Of a stretch of 64,000 nt of DNA, positions 36,644 through 44,800 are shown one piece after another. Each line of letters opens with the position of its first letter. The stretch's first letter is position 1. The notes below the pieces were generated by a model. The model saw only the letters and a list, made by a program, of their open reading frames with translations. It ran no database searches and had not been told where the DNA came from. Position numbers and translations under genes: made by a program. This stretch comes from a virus. Taxonomy: Duplodnaviria; Caudoviricetes. The stretch covers positions 1 through 64,000 of IMG/VR virus record IMGVR_UViG_3300031413_000603; one strand, 5' to 3'.

Positions 36644-36767
36644 ACGTCCGAGTTAGAGGAAGTCGGACGCGAGCGGCAGATCACGCCCAGGTTTCCTAAC
36701 TGCTTGTTTTATTTAGATATGAGTAACTCGGACGTTCTACCTTGTCCGAGTTCGGCACGTCCGACTT
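36644..36767. repeat. Five YGTCCGA(G/C)TT repeats in both orientations around an IHF-like site
   Basis: Copies at 36644+, 36660-, 36725-, 36742+, 36757+; AAACAAGCAGTTA on - at 36697-36709. Confidence 0.75.
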
Positions 36768-36912
36768 AAATGCCCCTGGTGCCTTGATGCTTCTGAGGCT
36801 TTAAACCGTCTGAACGCTATGTGGTGCAAGGCTAAGAGGACTTTCTCACTCACTGCTCACATTGGCCGGTATTAGCCCATACTTACCGTTTTGGCCCTAT
36901 AGGTGGCCCATT

Positions 36913-37030
36913 CTGTGCCAAAGCGGTTCGCAAGTGCCAAAGAACCCAAAACGCCCGGAATGCCGCGCCAACATTGGATTTCCCAAATTATCATCAGCCA
37001 ATCATCTGTGCCAAAACGATCACTCCCCCA
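36913..37030 (-). other. Mu-type prophage end with transposase-binding repeats
   Basis: TG terminus at 37030; CGTTTTGGCACAG at positions 13-25; two more (T/C)TTTGGCAC sites at 36913-36943 (L1-gap-L2-L3 layout). Confidence 0.72.
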
Positions 37031-37632
37031 CTCGCCTTGCTGCTCTCGACCATCTCCAGCGCCGCGCCATGCGGCACCCGGATCAGCCGATGGGCATCGA
37101 CCCCATTGCTGGCGGCGATGGCCACCAGGCGTGTGTAGGTAGGTTCATCGATGCTCGGCGTGCGCGACAGAATCCAGGCGTACTTGGCCGCATCACCGAC
37201 CACCACGGCGTGTCCTGCATCATGGTCGACATAGACCACATGGTAGCCGGCATATAAAGGGCGAAAGAACGACACCTTCAGCGAGCCCAGTTCCGGGCCG
37301 GACAGCAGCTTGGCCACCGCAGTTGCCGACTTCCATTGGCCACGCTCCGGGTCAAAACCGCGATTGGTGACCTGCACCGTGCCATTGTCTTGCAACAAGT
37401 AGTCTGCGGTGCAGGAGGTCAGTCCGCGCTCAAACACATAGTCAATCCGTGCCAGCTCATACCAGTGGCCCATGTACTGCCGGACATCGAAGTCCTGCAC
37501 AGGGCGAACATTCTTGGGCACCCTCACCCGCTGGCCGGTGTACCACAGCGCAGACGCTGCTGCCGTCAAGGCCATGGCCAGCGGCAAGGAGGAGGTTCTG
37601 GAGGAGGCCGATGCCTCAGGTGTGCGGCGCAT
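36994..37632 (-). CDS. blc: Blc-like lipocalin, C-terminus fused to the phage end
   Basis: FDVRQYMGHWYELAR, SLKVSFF, YAWILSRTP; the last ~11 codons lie inside the phage end. Confidence 0.88.
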   Translation of the reverse strand: MRRTPEASASSRTSSLPLAMALTAAASALWYTGQRVRVPKNVRPVQDFDVRQYMGHWYELARIDYVFERGLTSCTADYLLQDNGTVQVTNRGFDPERGQWKSATAVAKLLSGPELGSLKVSFFRPLYAGYHVVYVDHDAGHAVVVGDAAKYAWILSRTPSIDEPTYTRLVAIAASNGVDAHRLIRVPHGAALEMVESSKASGGVIVLAQMIG

Positions 37633-37765
37633 AAGAGGGTTCCTTCCAACAAAACCCTTTTGTACCGCCGATGGCAAGCGGCCTGCGTAGGCCTTGCCAC
37701 GGCAGCGGCCTAGGTGCATTCCGACACATCGTCAGGGTCTGCACCCCGCGCCCTGCAGCGGCGCA

Positions 37766-38266
37766 TCAATTGCCTTTTTTGGGCACCACATTCTTGGGCA
37801 GCACCATCAGCACAAAGAGCGCAAACAAGGTGCACAAAATGGCAGCGGCCTCTTCACCTGCGCCCACCGCCATGCCTATCGCTGCGGTGAACCAGATGCC
37901 TGCGGCGGTGGTCAGGCCCTTCACATCCTCGGTGTTTTCCTTGGCGGGTTTCAAGATGGCGCCCGCTCCCAAAAAGCCCACGCCAGCAATCAGCCCCTGG
38001 ATCACCCGGCTGGAGTCCATCGGCGTCATGCCCATCAGTTGCGCCACGGCCAAAAAGGTGGCAGCACCCATGGCCACCAGCATGTGCGTGCGCAGGCCGG
38101 CAGCCTTGCCGCTGGCCTCTCTTTCATAGCCCAGCATGCCGCCCAGCAGGGCCGCAAGCAGCAGCTTGAAAATGATGCGCGTGGCCTGCGCCAGATCGGT
38201 CAGATCAGACAGCTCGCCAGCGATGGTGTGAATGATGGTTTGGAACGCGGAGTCAGAAGCATTCAT
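37766..38266 (-). CDS. MgtC/SapB-family membrane protein
   Basis: GYERE..GKAAGLRTHMLV, QG...GVGFLGAG, TTAAGIW. Confidence 0.9.
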   Translation of the reverse strand: MNASDSAFQTIIHTIAGELSDLTDLAQATRIIFKLLLAALLGGMLGYEREASGKAAGLRTHMLVAMGAATFLAVAQLMGMTPMDSSRVIQGLIAGVGFLGAGAILKPAKENTEDVKGLTTAAGIWFTAAIGMAVGAGEEAAAILCTLFALFVLMVLPKNVVPKKGN

Positions 38267-38372
38267 GGCTCGGGCCTTGGTGCATCACGCAGCAAGGCGG
38301 CCACGTTCCATGGCCGCCTGCATGCAGAAAGTAAAAAGACCTCCCTCGCAAAAGCCAGGGAGGCTGCTTGAA

Positions 38373-38582
38373 TTACCAGCGGTAATTGTTCTTGGTTTCC
38401 CAATCCTTGACCTGCTGCTCGGCAGCATCTTTCGCAATACCTTCACGCTCTTGGATGCGGCCCACCAGCTGCTCGCGCTTGCCGTCGACCACGTCCAGAT
38501 CGTCATTGGTCAGCTTGCCCCACTGCTCTTGGACTTTGCCCTTGAATTGCTTCCAGTTGCCTTTGATCGTGTCTTCGTTCAT
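38373..38582 (-). CDS. csbD: CsbD-family stress protein
   Basis: MNEDTIKGNWKQFKGKVQEQWGKLTNDDL. Confidence 0.93.
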   Translation of the reverse strand: MNEDTIKGNWKQFKGKVQEQWGKLTNDDLDVVDGKREQLVGRIQEREGIAKDAAEQQVKDWETKNNYRW

Positions 38583-38860
38583 CTGTCACTCCTTGCGGGT
38601 TTGCGGGTTAATCGGCTTGTATGGTTTCAGTGTCACACCCTCACGGCCCCCGCATTGCAGTCGTGCAAGCAGCATTACCGTAGGGACTCTCCCACAGCGT
38701 GGCGAACACGGCGGATTTGCGCCCCCTATACAACAGAGCATGGCTTTGTCTATGGCCATTCCATACCCAGTACATCTTGTAAAGCGCATACTGGGGGTGG
38801 CGACGAGGAGCGGCCTCGCATAGAACCGGCATTCCAGCGATATTCAAGGAGTTGAAAGCC

Positions 38861-39085
38861 ATGACTTATGCATCCAAACCCCTTCCGGCTCAGGCACTGA
38901 GCCAAGAAGAGATTCAAGCCCGTTATGAAAAGGACCGAATTTCTTACCCCGACGGTGTTCCCCACTCCCGTATCACCTGGATAGAAAGGCCAGAGTACAA
39001 AGGCAATGAACTCAGTTACCGGGGCCAAAAGCCCAAGACGATCGTGACCTTGGCCAGCTCGGCAAGTCCGACCATCCCCTCTTAG
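38861..39085 (+). CDS. 74-aa hypothetical protein
   Basis: AAGGAG SD before ATG 38861. Confidence 0.5.
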   Translation: MTYASKPLPAQALSQEEIQARYEKDRISYPDGVPHSRITWIERPEYKGNELSYRGQKPKTIVTLASSASPTIPS

Positions 39086-39470
39086 AACCTGTTCAAAGTC
39101 TCCTCGCGCCGCGACAGTGTCTTTGCGAGATGGGATGCGAGGGGGGCGCCCAGCCGCGCAATACCGCAGCAATAGCCATGATGCTATTGCGAGGATTTGC
39201 AACGACGCAGACCGCTCCCTAGCCGGGCGCCCCTTCCCGGGCAGCGCAAAGCCACTGTCCCTATGGGTTGGAGTGAAATCGGGCGATTTCTGCGTGCTGG
39301 CCCTTGCTTGCACCCCGGTGCAAGCTGCGCTCCATCCCTTCGAACTCATCCCGATTGCACTCCAACTCGGCTGCGTAGAGACTTTGAACAGGTTCTTAGC
39401 GCCATGCCTTTGGTGCACTAAACCTTGGCCCGTTGACGGGTGATCCTCCACCCACCCTTGCCACTTTTGC

Positions 39471-39494
39471 AAGCCCTCTTGGAGGGCTTTTTTC
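39471..39494 (+). terminator. Intrinsic terminator
   Basis: AAGCCCTC-TTG-GAGGGCTT + T run. Confidence 0.7.
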
Positions 39495-39604
39495 TTGCAC
39501 AGCGCGGCATGCGCCGCTTCTCGCAGCAGCCCGCGGGGTTGTAAGCTTGTATGAGGACTCGGGTGCTAGGATTGCGGCTCGCAACACAACCCTGTCTCTA
39601 TCTG

Positions 39605-39901
39605 ATGTCTCCGCTGAACGGTGCGCAAGCCGCGCACGCCACTCCGCTTGCAGGAAAGCTCTCCAACCGCGCATTCAACGCCCTGGCCCGCCACAACATC
39701 ACGACCGTGGAAGAAGTCATCGCCGCCTATCCCGAGCGGCTGCTCAAACTGGCCGGCTTTGGCCTGCAGTCCCTGCGCGAGGTGGAGGCCGTTTTCTTTC
39801 CAGGTCAGTGCTATCTGGCTGAACTCAAAGATGGGCAACGCCCCACCAAGAAGATGCATGGCGCCCCGCTGGCTGCCTTGGGCCTGGCCACGGCGGCCTG
39901 A
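39605..39901 (+). CDS. Stand-alone RNA polymerase alpha-CTD-like protein
   Basis: LSNRAFNAL...I..V...LLKLAGFGLQSLREV aligns by eye with alpha-CTD LTVRSANCL...LLKTPNLGKKSLTEI. Start uncertain (39551 possible). Confidence 0.65.
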   Translation: MSPLNGAQAAHATPLAGKLSNRAFNALARHNITTVEEVIAAYPERLLKLAGFGLQSLREVEAVFFPGQCYLAELKDGQRPTKKMHGAPLAALGLATAA

Positions 39902-40311
39902 GCCGCTGACGCGCCGATATGCGATCCCCATATCGCCATCGCCATCGCCAGCGCCAGCGCCAGCGTGTGCAGCATGCCCCAGGCCAAGCTGACCTGCTCA
40001 ACAACGAAGCGGCCATCTCGCAAGGAGACAGCGCCTTGTAACGCATGCGGCCCATAGCCCCGCACCGCCGACGCCAGCGCAGCCTCAGCATGTACATGCG
40101 CCCAGCGATCAACAGGCCGCCCACTCTGGGGCTATTTCGCTGCAGCAAAACGCACCAAACGCTGAATATGCGCCCCCTTGATGGCTGCGGTATTCGGATG
40201 CGGTCGGGGAAGTATTTATGGCGCGCGATGAAACCATCAGCATATCGTGCTCTGTAAGATACTGCGATAAACACATCTGCATGGAGCTAGAGCATTGCAG
40301 CACCGCAATGG

Positions 40312-41634
40312 TTGAATCGCGCATCACGCCTTGTCGCCGCATCGCTTTTGGGGGCGGTCAACGCCGTTGCGGCTCCCGCTTCGCCTCCGCAACCCTATCC
40401 CGACGCTGCAGACAGCGACCCCGTCAAACTGGGCTGGATGGTGGGGTCGCCGCCGCCTGCAGACCGCATCCTGCGGTTTGACGACGGCTCGTATTTCCAA
40501 TTTCCGGCAATGCGCTGGAGTGTCTCGCACTTTCGCGAGCTGATGCCGACCGTCAATATCTCGCGAGGACTGCGGCCTGCCGCTCCGCTGCGCAGCGCCT
40601 TGCGCGATGATATTGACGGCGTGGAATTCAAGCGCCTCGATACCGGTGAAACAATGCGCTGGCGGGACTCACTGGCCGCCAACTACACCGACGGCATCGT
40701 CGTGCTGCACCAAGGCCGCATTGTTTACGAGCGCTATGCCGGCGCACTCCAGCCCGATGGCCAGCATGCGGCGATGTCGGTCACCAAGTCCTTTGTCGGT
40801 ACCTTGGCAGCGATGCTGGTCGCAGAGGGAACACTGGACCCCGACCGCAAGGCTGCAGACTATGTGCCCGAACTCGCCATGTCTGCCTTTGGCAGCGCCA
40901 CGGTGCGCCAGGTGATGGACATGACCACCGGCATCCGGTTCAGCGAAGACTATGCCGACCCCCAGGCAGAGGTTTGGGCCCATGCGGCAGCGGGCAATCC
41001 ACTGCCCAAACCCAAGGACTTCACGGGCCCGCGCAGCTACTATGAGTTTTTGCAAACGGTTCAGCCGCAAGGCATGCACGGTGAGGCATTTGGCTACCGC
41101 ACCGCCAATACCGATGCGCTGGGTTGGATCATTGCGCGCGTCAGCGGCCAGTCCGTCGCGCAGCTCTTGTACAGCCGCATCTGGAGCCGCCTGGGCGCCG
41201 AGCAGGATGCCTATATGTCCGTCGACGCGACCGGCACCCCGTTTGCCGGCGGCGGCCTGAACACGGGCCTGCGAGACCTGGCGCGCTTTGGCGAGATGGT
41301 GCGCAACAACGGCTTTTTCAATGGCCAGCAAATCATCCCTGCAGCCGCGATCGCCGACATCCGCCAAGGCGGCAAGCCTGCCGACTTTGCCAAAGCCGGC
41401 TACGCCCTCTTGCCGGGTTGGAGCTACCGCAATATGTGGTGGGTCACGCACAATGCCCACGGCGCCATTGCCGCACGCGGCGTGCATGGGCAGGCGCTCT
41501 ATATCGATCCGACAGCAGAGATGGTCATTGCAAGATACGGCTCGCACCCGGTGGCTGCTAATGCGGCAAATGATCCGACGTCATTGCCTGCGTTTGAAGC
41601 GCTGGCGCGGCATTTGAAGAAACACCCGCGTTAG
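40312..41634 (+). CDS. Exported serine hydrolase, beta-lactamase class C / NylB-like
   Basis: Signal peptide, SVTK (SxxK), FGYRT, G..TGLRDLARFG, ARGVHGQ. Confidence 0.9.
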   Translation: MNRASRLVAASLLGAVNAVAAPASPPQPYPDAADSDPVKLGWMVGSPPPADRILRFDDGSYFQFPAMRWSVSHFRELMPTVNISRGLRPAAPLRSALRDDIDGVEFKRLDTGETMRWRDSLAANYTDGIVVLHQGRIVYERYAGALQPDGQHAAMSVTKSFVGTLAAMLVAEGTLDPDRKAADYVPELAMSAFGSATVRQVMDMTTGIRFSEDYADPQAEVWAHAAAGNPLPKPKDFTGPRSYYEFLQTVQPQGMHGEAFGYRTANTDALGWIIARVSGQSVAQLLYSRIWSRLGAEQDAYMSVDATGTPFAGGGLNTGLRDLARFGEMVRNNGFFNGQQIIPAAAIADIRQGGKPADFAKAGYALLPGWSYRNMWWVTHNAHGAIAARGVHGQALYIDPTAEMVIARYGSHPVAANAANDPTSLPAFEALARHLKKHPR

Positions 41635-41693
41635 GAATATTGAGATTTCGTGGCGAAAACCTTGCCACCCTCTGCAAAAAGAGGCCAGGAATG

Positions 41694-41717
41694 AAAAAAC
41701 CGCCCAGAAGGCGGTTT
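41694..41717 (-). terminator. Intrinsic terminator downstream of the tRNA 3' remnant
   Basis: AAACCGCC-TTCTG-GGCGGTTT + TTT on the - strand. Confidence 0.75.
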
Positions 41718-41796
41718 GTTCAAAATAGAAACCTTGGAGAGGTTTCATACCAAATCCCTGTTATCCTGAAGTCTGGTTCTCTTCAGAGGGAAAATT

Positions 41797-41820
41797 TGGT
41801 AGGCGCGATTGGACTCGAAC
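41797..41820 (-). other. att site: duplicated 3' end of tRNA-Val (partial, not a full tRNA)
   Basis: Reverse complement GTTCGAGTCCAATCGCGCCTACCA = T-loop/T-stem, acceptor strand, discriminator A and CCA. Sequence beyond 41820 is not tRNA-like; TGTCCC/TGTCAC arm-like repeats at about 41905-41945. Confidence 0.85.
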
Positions 41821-41981
41821 TAATATAGCAGCCTAGCAGATACATGGCTTGAGAGTGAGGAGGCCTGCTCCTGACACCCTAGCACCCCCTGGGATACGCG
41901 CCAATGTCCCACGGATTTGTCCCCGGCTAGCGGGCCTCTGTCACCCAGCTAGGTGCTTCCGATCCTTCCCCTGCCTCCAGG

Positions 41982-42164
41982 CTAACGCAGCTCTGAGGCT
42001 GCCGCTTCACTCTCCTGCAGTACCTGGATGATCCTGCGTTTGAAATCTTTGCATACCCCAGGATCAGCAAGCTGCTCTTTCAGCCTTCTGCGCTGGTTAG
42101 GGTCCTTGGCCAACCCTTGAAGCCGTGGTGTAGGGTCTGAGTGACGACCTTTGTTGTGTCTCAT
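41982..42164 (-). CDS. 60-aa basic hypothetical protein
   Basis: GGAGG SD before ATG 42164. Confidence 0.5.
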   Translation of the reverse strand: MRHNKGRHSDPTPRLQGLAKDPNQRRRLKEQLADPGVCKDFKRRIIQVLQESEAAASELR

Positions 42165-42533
42165 GCTGCCTCCAGTTGTTGAGGTGCCAGTGTCGCAAGT
42201 CACACAGCCTTCCTTCTGCGGTCCAATTTCGCATCACTGTGGACGCATAGACCAGGCGCTCGGTCGCGGCCCGGCGGCCACGGCGTCGCCGCTCAGGTGC
42301 GGCGCTGGAGCGTCGTGCCTGCCGCCCTTCTCCTGCACAGCCCCCCGCCCTTTGCCGGGTTCGGAATCAATGTTGCAGCGGAGCAACGGGGGTCTCGCCA
42401 GTGTTCACCGGCCTATGGCGTCTCACTGGCAAATATCCGCACCTCTTCCAAATGTCCGGAGCTGGTTCGGACGTTTGCCTCACCCTGCAAACTGAAAGAG
42501 AGCCTGCCAAGACCTTGGCCATACACTTGGGAT

Positions 42534-42968
42534 ATGACCAAGCATCTAGAACATCTCGCTCTGCGCATACATGGCGCTTTTGAAGCGATCCCCTCACGCC
42601 TCTGGAGCAAAAGAGGAGGTCCATTCCCAAGAGGGTGGTGCTCAGATGCATCACAAGTGTGCGGGGCAATTCTTAGCGACCATGGCCACACCGATTTCGT
42701 GTGCGTTAACGGAGCGCGTGGAGAGGACCGCAGCCAGAGCCACTCCTGGCTGTCAGGCTATGGATTGATTATTGACCTTACCGCCGGTCAATTTGATGAT
42801 GCACCCGAGGGAGTTGTCATATTCAGAAATACTTCTTGGCATCAACAGTTCAAAGACCAAGAAGAAACTCTTGCGGACTTCAGAGAACTCACGCACAGCG
42901 GTTTTGGCGACATGAATAACCTGCCCGATATTTATCAATACATATCTTCCAAAATAATCAGCACGTAA
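42534..42968 (+). CDS. Papain/transglutaminase-like protein with Cys-His-Asp triad
   Basis: FPRGWCSDAS, SHSWL, IIDLTAGQF. Confidence 0.65.
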   Translation: MTKHLEHLALRIHGAFEAIPSRLWSKRGGPFPRGWCSDASQVCGAILSDHGHTDFVCVNGARGEDRSQSHSWLSGYGLIIDLTAGQFDDAPEGVVIFRNTSWHQQFKDQEETLADFRELTHSGFGDMNNLPDIYQYISSKIIST

Positions 42969-42970
42969 AA

Positions 42971-43525
42971 TCAAGGCGCATTGGCAATGTCCTGCATCGA
43001 CATATACATAACAGCATTGAGTTGCAAGCCGTCATACCAGCCGACGAAGCCATCAATGGATTTCCCCTGCATCGCATAGTCTACTTTTAAAGATCTCCAA
43101 CCCACAGGAAAGCCATTTGGCGAAAGAAAATGCCATCTACCGTTGTGAGATATGGCATTTCGCAAGTGTCTAGCCAATGAGTACCATTCCTCATCTTTAA
43201 TTTTCTCCGGCGATGCCGCTTTGCATGCTTCAAAGGAGTCAGATAGCATTGAGTAGAAACTATTTTGCACTACGGCCATTGCGGCACTCTGAGGAATTGA
43301 ACGGCCAAATTCAAATCTATAAGATACCCCCTGCGCTGGTTTAAAATCCTCATGCGCAGCATTAACTGAGAGATCTATATTAGTCGCGCTTATACTATAT
43401 TCAGAAATCAAAGATGCGGCAGGCTCTTTTGTGAGCAGTGCATAAGCTCCCAAGCTAAAAATGAAAGAATCCCGAGATTGCTTTAATTTAAATAACGCAT
43501 CTTGCGCCGCCTGCTGTGAACCCAT
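42971..43525 (-). CDS. HEPN-domain putative RNase
   Basis: Helical protein with RNAISH (Rx4H); AT-rich. Confidence 0.65.
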   Translation of the reverse strand: MGSQQAAQDALFKLKQSRDSFIFSLGAYALLTKEPAASLISEYSISATNIDLSVNAAHEDFKPAQGVSYRFEFGRSIPQSAAMAVVQNSFYSMLSDSFEACKAASPEKIKDEEWYSLARHLRNAISHNGRWHFLSPNGFPVGWRSLKVDYAMQGKSIDGFVGWYDGLQLNAVMYMSMQDIANAP

Positions 43526-43776
43526 TTCACACCCCCTAAAAGCATTGAAAATTAATTATGGAATTGAGTATAGGTCGAGCCCGCCCCCTCTTGGCCCTGA
43601 GACTGAAATCACATAGTTGTACTATTGCAACGCCCGCTTGACTTCGCTGCGCCAAGCTGCGGGGGGAAAGGGGGTAAGCTGAACTTACACCCCTAGGGCA
43701 GAATAATTTCTGGAATATTTTTCGCTGGAAATTTCATAGGGTTGAGGTCTTGGCCAACCTTGCAAAAACCACGATC

Positions 43777-43862
43777 TGTCAACCAACGAACCCTGCAAAT
43801 TTGGCGTTTTGTCAACCTCGCGCCTGCCTTTTGTCAACCTTAGGCAAGCGCATTGTCAACCT
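43777..43862 (+). repeat. Four helically phased TGTCAACC(T) direct repeats
   Basis: Starts at 43777, 43810, 43832, 43854 (spacing 33, 22, 22). Confidence 0.8.
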
Positions 43863-44129
43863 TCACCCCCAGAACTGCCCGTGCAATAGCTTCAGCCGAG
43901 ACGCCAGCGTTTCCGGGTCGTGCTGCATGTGCAGGATGGGTGTGGTGCCAATGCTTACATGCTCATACCAGATATGGAAGGCGCGGGCTTTGGGAAGCAT
44001 TTGGGCTGTATCCCTGATGGCCCCAGCGATGGAGCTGGCGGTAAAGCTGAGAGCTTCTGAATGCTCGTTCATGACCCGGGCCAGGTACTGACCGGGCACG
44101 CTTTTTTCAATGTGCAGACTCTGGATCAT
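43863..44129 (-). CDS. 88-aa hypothetical protein
   Basis: ATGA overlap with the upstream membrane protein gene. Confidence 0.65.
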   Translation of the reverse strand: MIQSLHIEKSVPGQYLARVMNEHSEALSFTASSIAGAIRDTAQMLPKARAFHIWYEHVSIGTTPILHMQHDPETLASRLKLLHGQFWG

Positions 44130-44416
44130 TTTTTCACTTCGGGGACGAATTGAATGGTGCCTATTTTCTCCGCCTCGATGTCGCCGGGCGTAGGCCGTAT
44201 CCAATGGATCCACAGCCCCTTCATCCAGGCCAGCGCGTACAGCACGCTTACTGCGAAGATCCCCCATTGCTCGGCCTTCCACGAGGCGTAGAACCAGAAC
44301 GGCTGGCCCAATATGCCGAAGATGCAGGCCCAGCGCCTGAAGCTCTCAGAACGAGCCTGCGACAGCCAGGCGGCAGCTGCACCTAACACCGCGATAGCAA
44401 CCTGATCGAATTGCAT
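44126..44416 (-). CDS. Small multi-pass membrane protein (GQPFW family)
   Basis: RRWACIFGILGQPFWFYASWKAEQWGIFA; homologue of 35763-36008. Confidence 0.75.
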   Translation of the reverse strand: MQFDQVAIAVLGAAAAWLSQARSESFRRWACIFGILGQPFWFYASWKAEQWGIFAVSVLYALAWMKGLWIHWIRPTPGDIEAEKIGTIQFVPEVKK

Positions 44417-44433
44417 GCGTTACCTCAAAACTA

Positions 44434-44449
44434 CTGTTTATACGTACAG
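44434..44449. promoter_or_regulatory. LexA (SOS) box
   Basis: CTGT-TTATACGT-ACAG, 17 nt upstream of the 44416 start. Confidence 0.78.
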
Positions 44450-44495
44450 CATACAGATGTGCCGATTGCACCCTTGACAAGACGGGATTTACAAG

Positions 44496-44800
44496 ATGGC
44501 GGACGACGCCCACTCCTGGAAAATTTTCCGGAAGTCGGTCGAGGATGTGGAAAATTTTCCACATCCTTATGAGCGCGTGGCAATTGGCGAGGCTATTGAG
44601 AAGGAATTGCAGGGACGCCAGTTGGCAACCCTGAAGCAGAACTCCGAGGTGGAAAATTTTCCACAACGGCACACACCAGAAGGCAAGACCCGCGACCTGG
44701 TAGCCAAGGCCACTGGGTGAAATGCGCATGAAGTCCGGGGTTGAGAACCCTCCGGAAAATTTTCCGGAGGGTAAGCTGGGACAGGTACGCGAGCAGGCAG
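44496..44800 (+). pseudogene. Fragments of ParB-like phage protein genes
   Basis: ERVAIGEAIE...VENFPQ...GKTRDLVAKATG and ENFPEGKLGQVREQA fragments in different frames. Confidence 0.45.

Larger units (their letters stand above)
1..37030. mobile_element. Mu/B3-like transposable prophage (other end lies left of the window)
   Basis: DDE Mu transposase + AAA B protein + ner + mor + gemA + Mu-type head genes + com. End-like repeats terminate in CA at 37029-37030. Confidence 0.95.

Noticed and set aside
36644-36767. CRISPR or REP array
   Set aside because: 11-bp units in mixed orientation with irregular spacing; better explained as protein-binding sites.
39925-39965. (CGCCAT/CGCCAG)n hexamer run as a contingency locus
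   Set aside because: Short, imperfect, in-frame-length units, and not within a supported gene.
41797-41820. Functional tRNA gene
   Set aside because: Only the 3' 24 nt are present; no anticodon or D arm.
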